Position numbers and translations under genes: made by a program. This document shows positions 61,705 through 64,000 of a DNA stretch of 64,000 nucleotides, one piece after another. This DNA comes from Pseudomonadales bacterium (GTDB lineage Bacteria > Patescibacteriota > Microgenomatia > UBA1400 > PJMF01): the NCBI GenBank assembly GCA_020632265.1, contig JACKFW010000001.1, positions 599,272-663,271 of the forward strand. The letters run 5' to 3'. The notes below the pieces were generated by a model. It was not told the DNA's origin and ran no database searches. It worked only from the letters and a program-made list of their open reading frames with translations. The stretch's first letter is position 1. Each line of letters opens with the position of its first letter.

Positions 61705-62808
61705 TTGTTTCAAAAGATGATTTTCTCTAATAAACTAAAACTCATAAAATGGAAAATATTCATTTATTTCGAACAGTGTCTCTCTATTTTTTTATTGAAT
61801 TATTTACTTATTCCATTTGTTAAAATATTCTTCTTCTTTGAAATTTTTAAATCTAAATTCAGTAAAAAAATTGAAGTGGCAGAATTAAAAGCAACCGTTT
61901 TTTATTGTAGTGGAAAAAATGACTTTTTTTTAACTCTTATTTCAATTTTTAGCTTAGCAACACATGTAAAAAATATAGAATATTATATTTATCATGAAAA
62001 ATATAATATTTTTCATGAACAAATTGTTGATTATCTAAATAAAAAAATCCATATTCATTTAATTGATAAGAAAACCATAAATGCAACGATTTATGGTATG
62101 ACTAAGTACAAAAATATTAAATCTTTTATGGAATATGGTTGGTCTGGAAAAAAATGCTTCTTACCGTTAATTTTCAAGAAGACTAAGAAATCTATTCTAA
62201 TAGATAGTGATACTATTTTTTTTAGCAAACCTGTCGAAATCATAGAATGGATAAACAAGGAAAACAAACATAATCTTTATCTTAAAGATTATAAGAACTT
62301 TTCCATAATATCAAAATCAGAAGCAAAAACAATTTTGGGGGAAAAACTATCTTTTGATATGCTAAATTCTGGTTTATTATGCTTTAATATTGATGCTATT
62401 TTTTCAAAATTAAGTTTGATTGAAATAAATGTCTTTATTGAAAAAATATTAAAAATTGTTCAAACCAGATTGACATTTGATGCTATTGAAAGAAGCAAAT
62501 TTTTTTATGTTTTTCCCTTGCTTGAACAAAGTCTTCATTTATTAATTTTCAATAAATCTATATCAAAATCATTACCTAAAAAGAAATATTTTGTCTTACC
62601 AAAACATACGATCTTTGGAGAAAATATCAAAAAAGCGATTTTTATTCACTATACAGGAGATAGTTTGCGCTTGCACATATATAAGCAATTATTTTTATCA
62701 CTTTTTAGCTATTTAATTAAACAGAACAGCACTCTGTGGTTTATAAATAAAAATAGATGTCTATCATGCTCTCATCCGAAAATTCCATTTTGGTATAAGT
62801 TATTATGA
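61705..62808 (+). CDS. Putative nucleotide-diphospho-sugar (GT-A-like) transferase, 367 aa.
   Basis: An ILIDSDTIFF DxD-like motif only. Weak assignment. Confidence 0.3.
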   Translation: MFQKMIFSNKLKLIKWKIFIYFEQCLSIFLLNYLLIPFVKIFFFFEIFKSKFSKKIEVAELKATVFYCSGKNDFFLTLISIFSLATHVKNIEYYIYHEKYNIFHEQIVDYLNKKIHIHLIDKKTINATIYGMTKYKNIKSFMEYGWSGKKCFLPLIFKKTKKSILIDSDTIFFSKPVEIIEWINKENKHNLYLKDYKNFSIISKSEAKTILGEKLSFDMLNSGLLCFNIDAIFSKLSLIEINVFIEKILKIVQTRLTFDAIERSKFFYVFPLLEQSLHLLIFNKSISKSLPKKKYFVLPKHTIFGENIKKAIFIHYTGDSLRLHIYKQLFLSLFSYLIKQNSTLWFINKNRCLSCSHPKIPFWYKLL

Positions 62809-63849
62809 TTATTTAAAAAGATTCAACCAAATCAGGGTAGCTTTCTTTAAAGTAGTAAAATATTTTTCATATTTTTCCAACTTCAACCAATTTATTTTAT
62901 CTAATAATTCTATATAGCAATCAATGGGTGTTGTTTTTTTTAATTTTACTTCATCAACCAGTTTCCAGAATATTTCATTAACTTCAATCCCCTTTGCTTC
63001 CTTTTGCAAATTATTATAAACGTTTGATGCTCGTTCATGCCAAACAATTGGTGACCCGCTTACAGCAGCTAACTTTAAATGGTCTATTATTTTTTTAGTA
63101 ATAACACCAGACCAAATATCATCAAACCTATCAAAGCCCCATGCTTTTCCATTCTTATCTTCACCCATGAGAAGTTGATAAAGAAGAGGAACTATTTCTC
63201 TACTAAATCCTAAATTCATTACACTCATTGGAAAATAAACACCTTTAGGAAATACATGCAGGATATTTGGTAATTCAGGAAAACTTTTTTCTAATAAATG
63301 TAGTTGAGTGGTTGCATCCAAGTCAGGGATATTCGCCCAAATTCCGTGACTTAGAACTACTTGTTTTTTATTTCTTATTTCATAAGGAAAACCCCTCATT
63401 AAACTAAGTTCTCTAAAAGGATACGTTGGAGACCAGTTGGTTGCTACCTTAAGTTTTAAGTTTTCTATATGATTTTTTACAAAGTCTTGACTAAATGGTT
63501 TGCAATCATCATCCATGGTGATAATTATATCTGCTCCATTTTGCCAAGCTTTATAAAAGCCGTAAGATCTTACAGCTGAAGTACGATAAGGAAAAATCCA
63601 AGCTTTGTTTTTAAACTCTCTTTCAATGTCTTGATGCGAATAATGAAATAATGATCGACATCTTATTTTAGGGATTTTGATTTCTTTTTTTATATGATCC
63701 TCAATGATAATAAGATCCACAGATTCAAATAGATTAAGTTCATTCCATTTTTTAAGAAATTCTAGATTTCTTATTGTTGGGATGACTATAGAAACAGAAA
63801 CCATAATAAATATTCCAAAGTAAATTTTATCTTTATGTATATAATACAC
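62809..63849 (-). CDS. GT75-family protein: homolog of reversibly glycosylated polypeptide / UDP-L-arabinopyranose mutase. 346 aa.
   Basis: Multiple collinear blocks match plant RGP/UAM: IVIPTIRNLEFL, ITMDDDC, SHGIWANIPDLDATTQL, FPKGVYFPMSVMNLGF, FDRFDDIWSG and PIVWHERASN. Confidence 0.7.
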   Translation of the reverse strand: MYYIHKDKIYFGIFIMVSVSIVIPTIRNLEFLKKWNELNLFESVDLIIIEDHIKKEIKIPKIRCRSLFHYSHQDIEREFKNKAWIFPYRTSAVRSYGFYKAWQNGADIIITMDDDCKPFSQDFVKNHIENLKLKVATNWSPTYPFRELSLMRGFPYEIRNKKQVVLSHGIWANIPDLDATTQLHLLEKSFPELPNILHVFPKGVYFPMSVMNLGFSREIVPLLYQLLMGEDKNGKAWGFDRFDDIWSGVITKKIIDHLKLAAVSGSPIVWHERASNVYNNLQKEAKGIEVNEIFWKLVDEVKLKKTTPIDCYIELLDKINWLKLEKYEKYFTTLKKATLIWLNLFK

Positions 63850-63908
63850 TATTATCTATGTTTGATATGATTCAACTTGAATGTATTACTTAAATAATAA
63901 TTTTAAAA

Positions 63909-64000
63909 ATGAATAGAAAATTATTTGCTACTTTATCTGATCAAAACGCATTATCTCAAGTTAAAATAAGTTTAACTTCTTTAATTCAAAATTCAGCTTT
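63909..64000 (+). CDS. Partial ORF (MNRKLFATLSDQNALSQVKISLTSLIQNSA...) running off the window end.
   Basis: ATG at 63909 with no stop before the window end. Too short to classify. Confidence 0.2.
   Translation, partial: MNRKLFATLSDQNALSQVKISLTSLIQNSA

Noticed and set aside
62809-63849. Initial impression of a GT2 family enzyme from the SIVIPT start.
   Set aside because: Collinear matches to RGP/UAM-specific blocks (IPTIRNL, DDDC, SHGxWxNIPDxDAxTQL, PMxxMNLxF) fit GT75 much better.

Overview
The window is AT-rich bacterial chromosomal DNA with short intergenic spacers and many overlapping start/stop codons. All three stop codons are used; for example the fused tsaC-tsaE gene ends in TGA inside an ATGA overlap with tsaD. 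This indicates the standard code (table 11), not UGA-recoding Gracilibacteria. The style of the gene content suggests a small-genome, CPR/Patescibacteria-like organism: many small membrane proteins, lysine-rich tails, a tsaC-tsaE fusion, two class A PBPs and isolated PilN/PilO-like genes.

Conserved backbone genes:
- groES-groEL with a CIRCE-like operator
- nrdR plus a class II ribonucleotide reductase (nrdJ)
- lepA, smpB, cmk, rpsT, murJ, yidC, pgeF (YfiH)
- a tsaC-tsaE fusion followed by tsaD
- two paralogous bifunctional PBPs flanking a GH18 hydrolase

More unusual regions:
- 1-3500: a large uncharacterised protein (truncated at the window edge), a 212-aa partner, and an intergenic GC-rich element with an orphan terminator.
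- 18.9-21.4 kb: a four-gene minus-strand module. It holds a HEPN-like protein with an Rx4HxY motif, a Cmk-like protein whose P-loop lacks lysine, a CPBP/Abi-like membrane protease and a membrane-anchored protein.
- 42-64 kb: a surface-glycan locus. It has a priming sugar transferase, two Wzy_C/O-antigen-ligase-like proteins, several GT4/GT2/GT26 transferases, a WbpB/WbpE-like oxidoreductase-aminotransferase pair and two SDR epimerase/dehydratases.
- 62809-63849: a clear homolog of plant reversibly glycosylated polypeptide / UDP-arabinopyranose mutase (GT75). This is the most striking single call.
- Several GT-C (PMT/ArnT-like) membrane proteins, two of which look disrupted.
- Tandem coding repeats (21 bp and 78 bp) in two predicted surface or disordered proteins, and short direct-repeat arrays in three promoter regions.

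No rRNA, no convincing tRNA, no CRISPR array and no transposase were seen.
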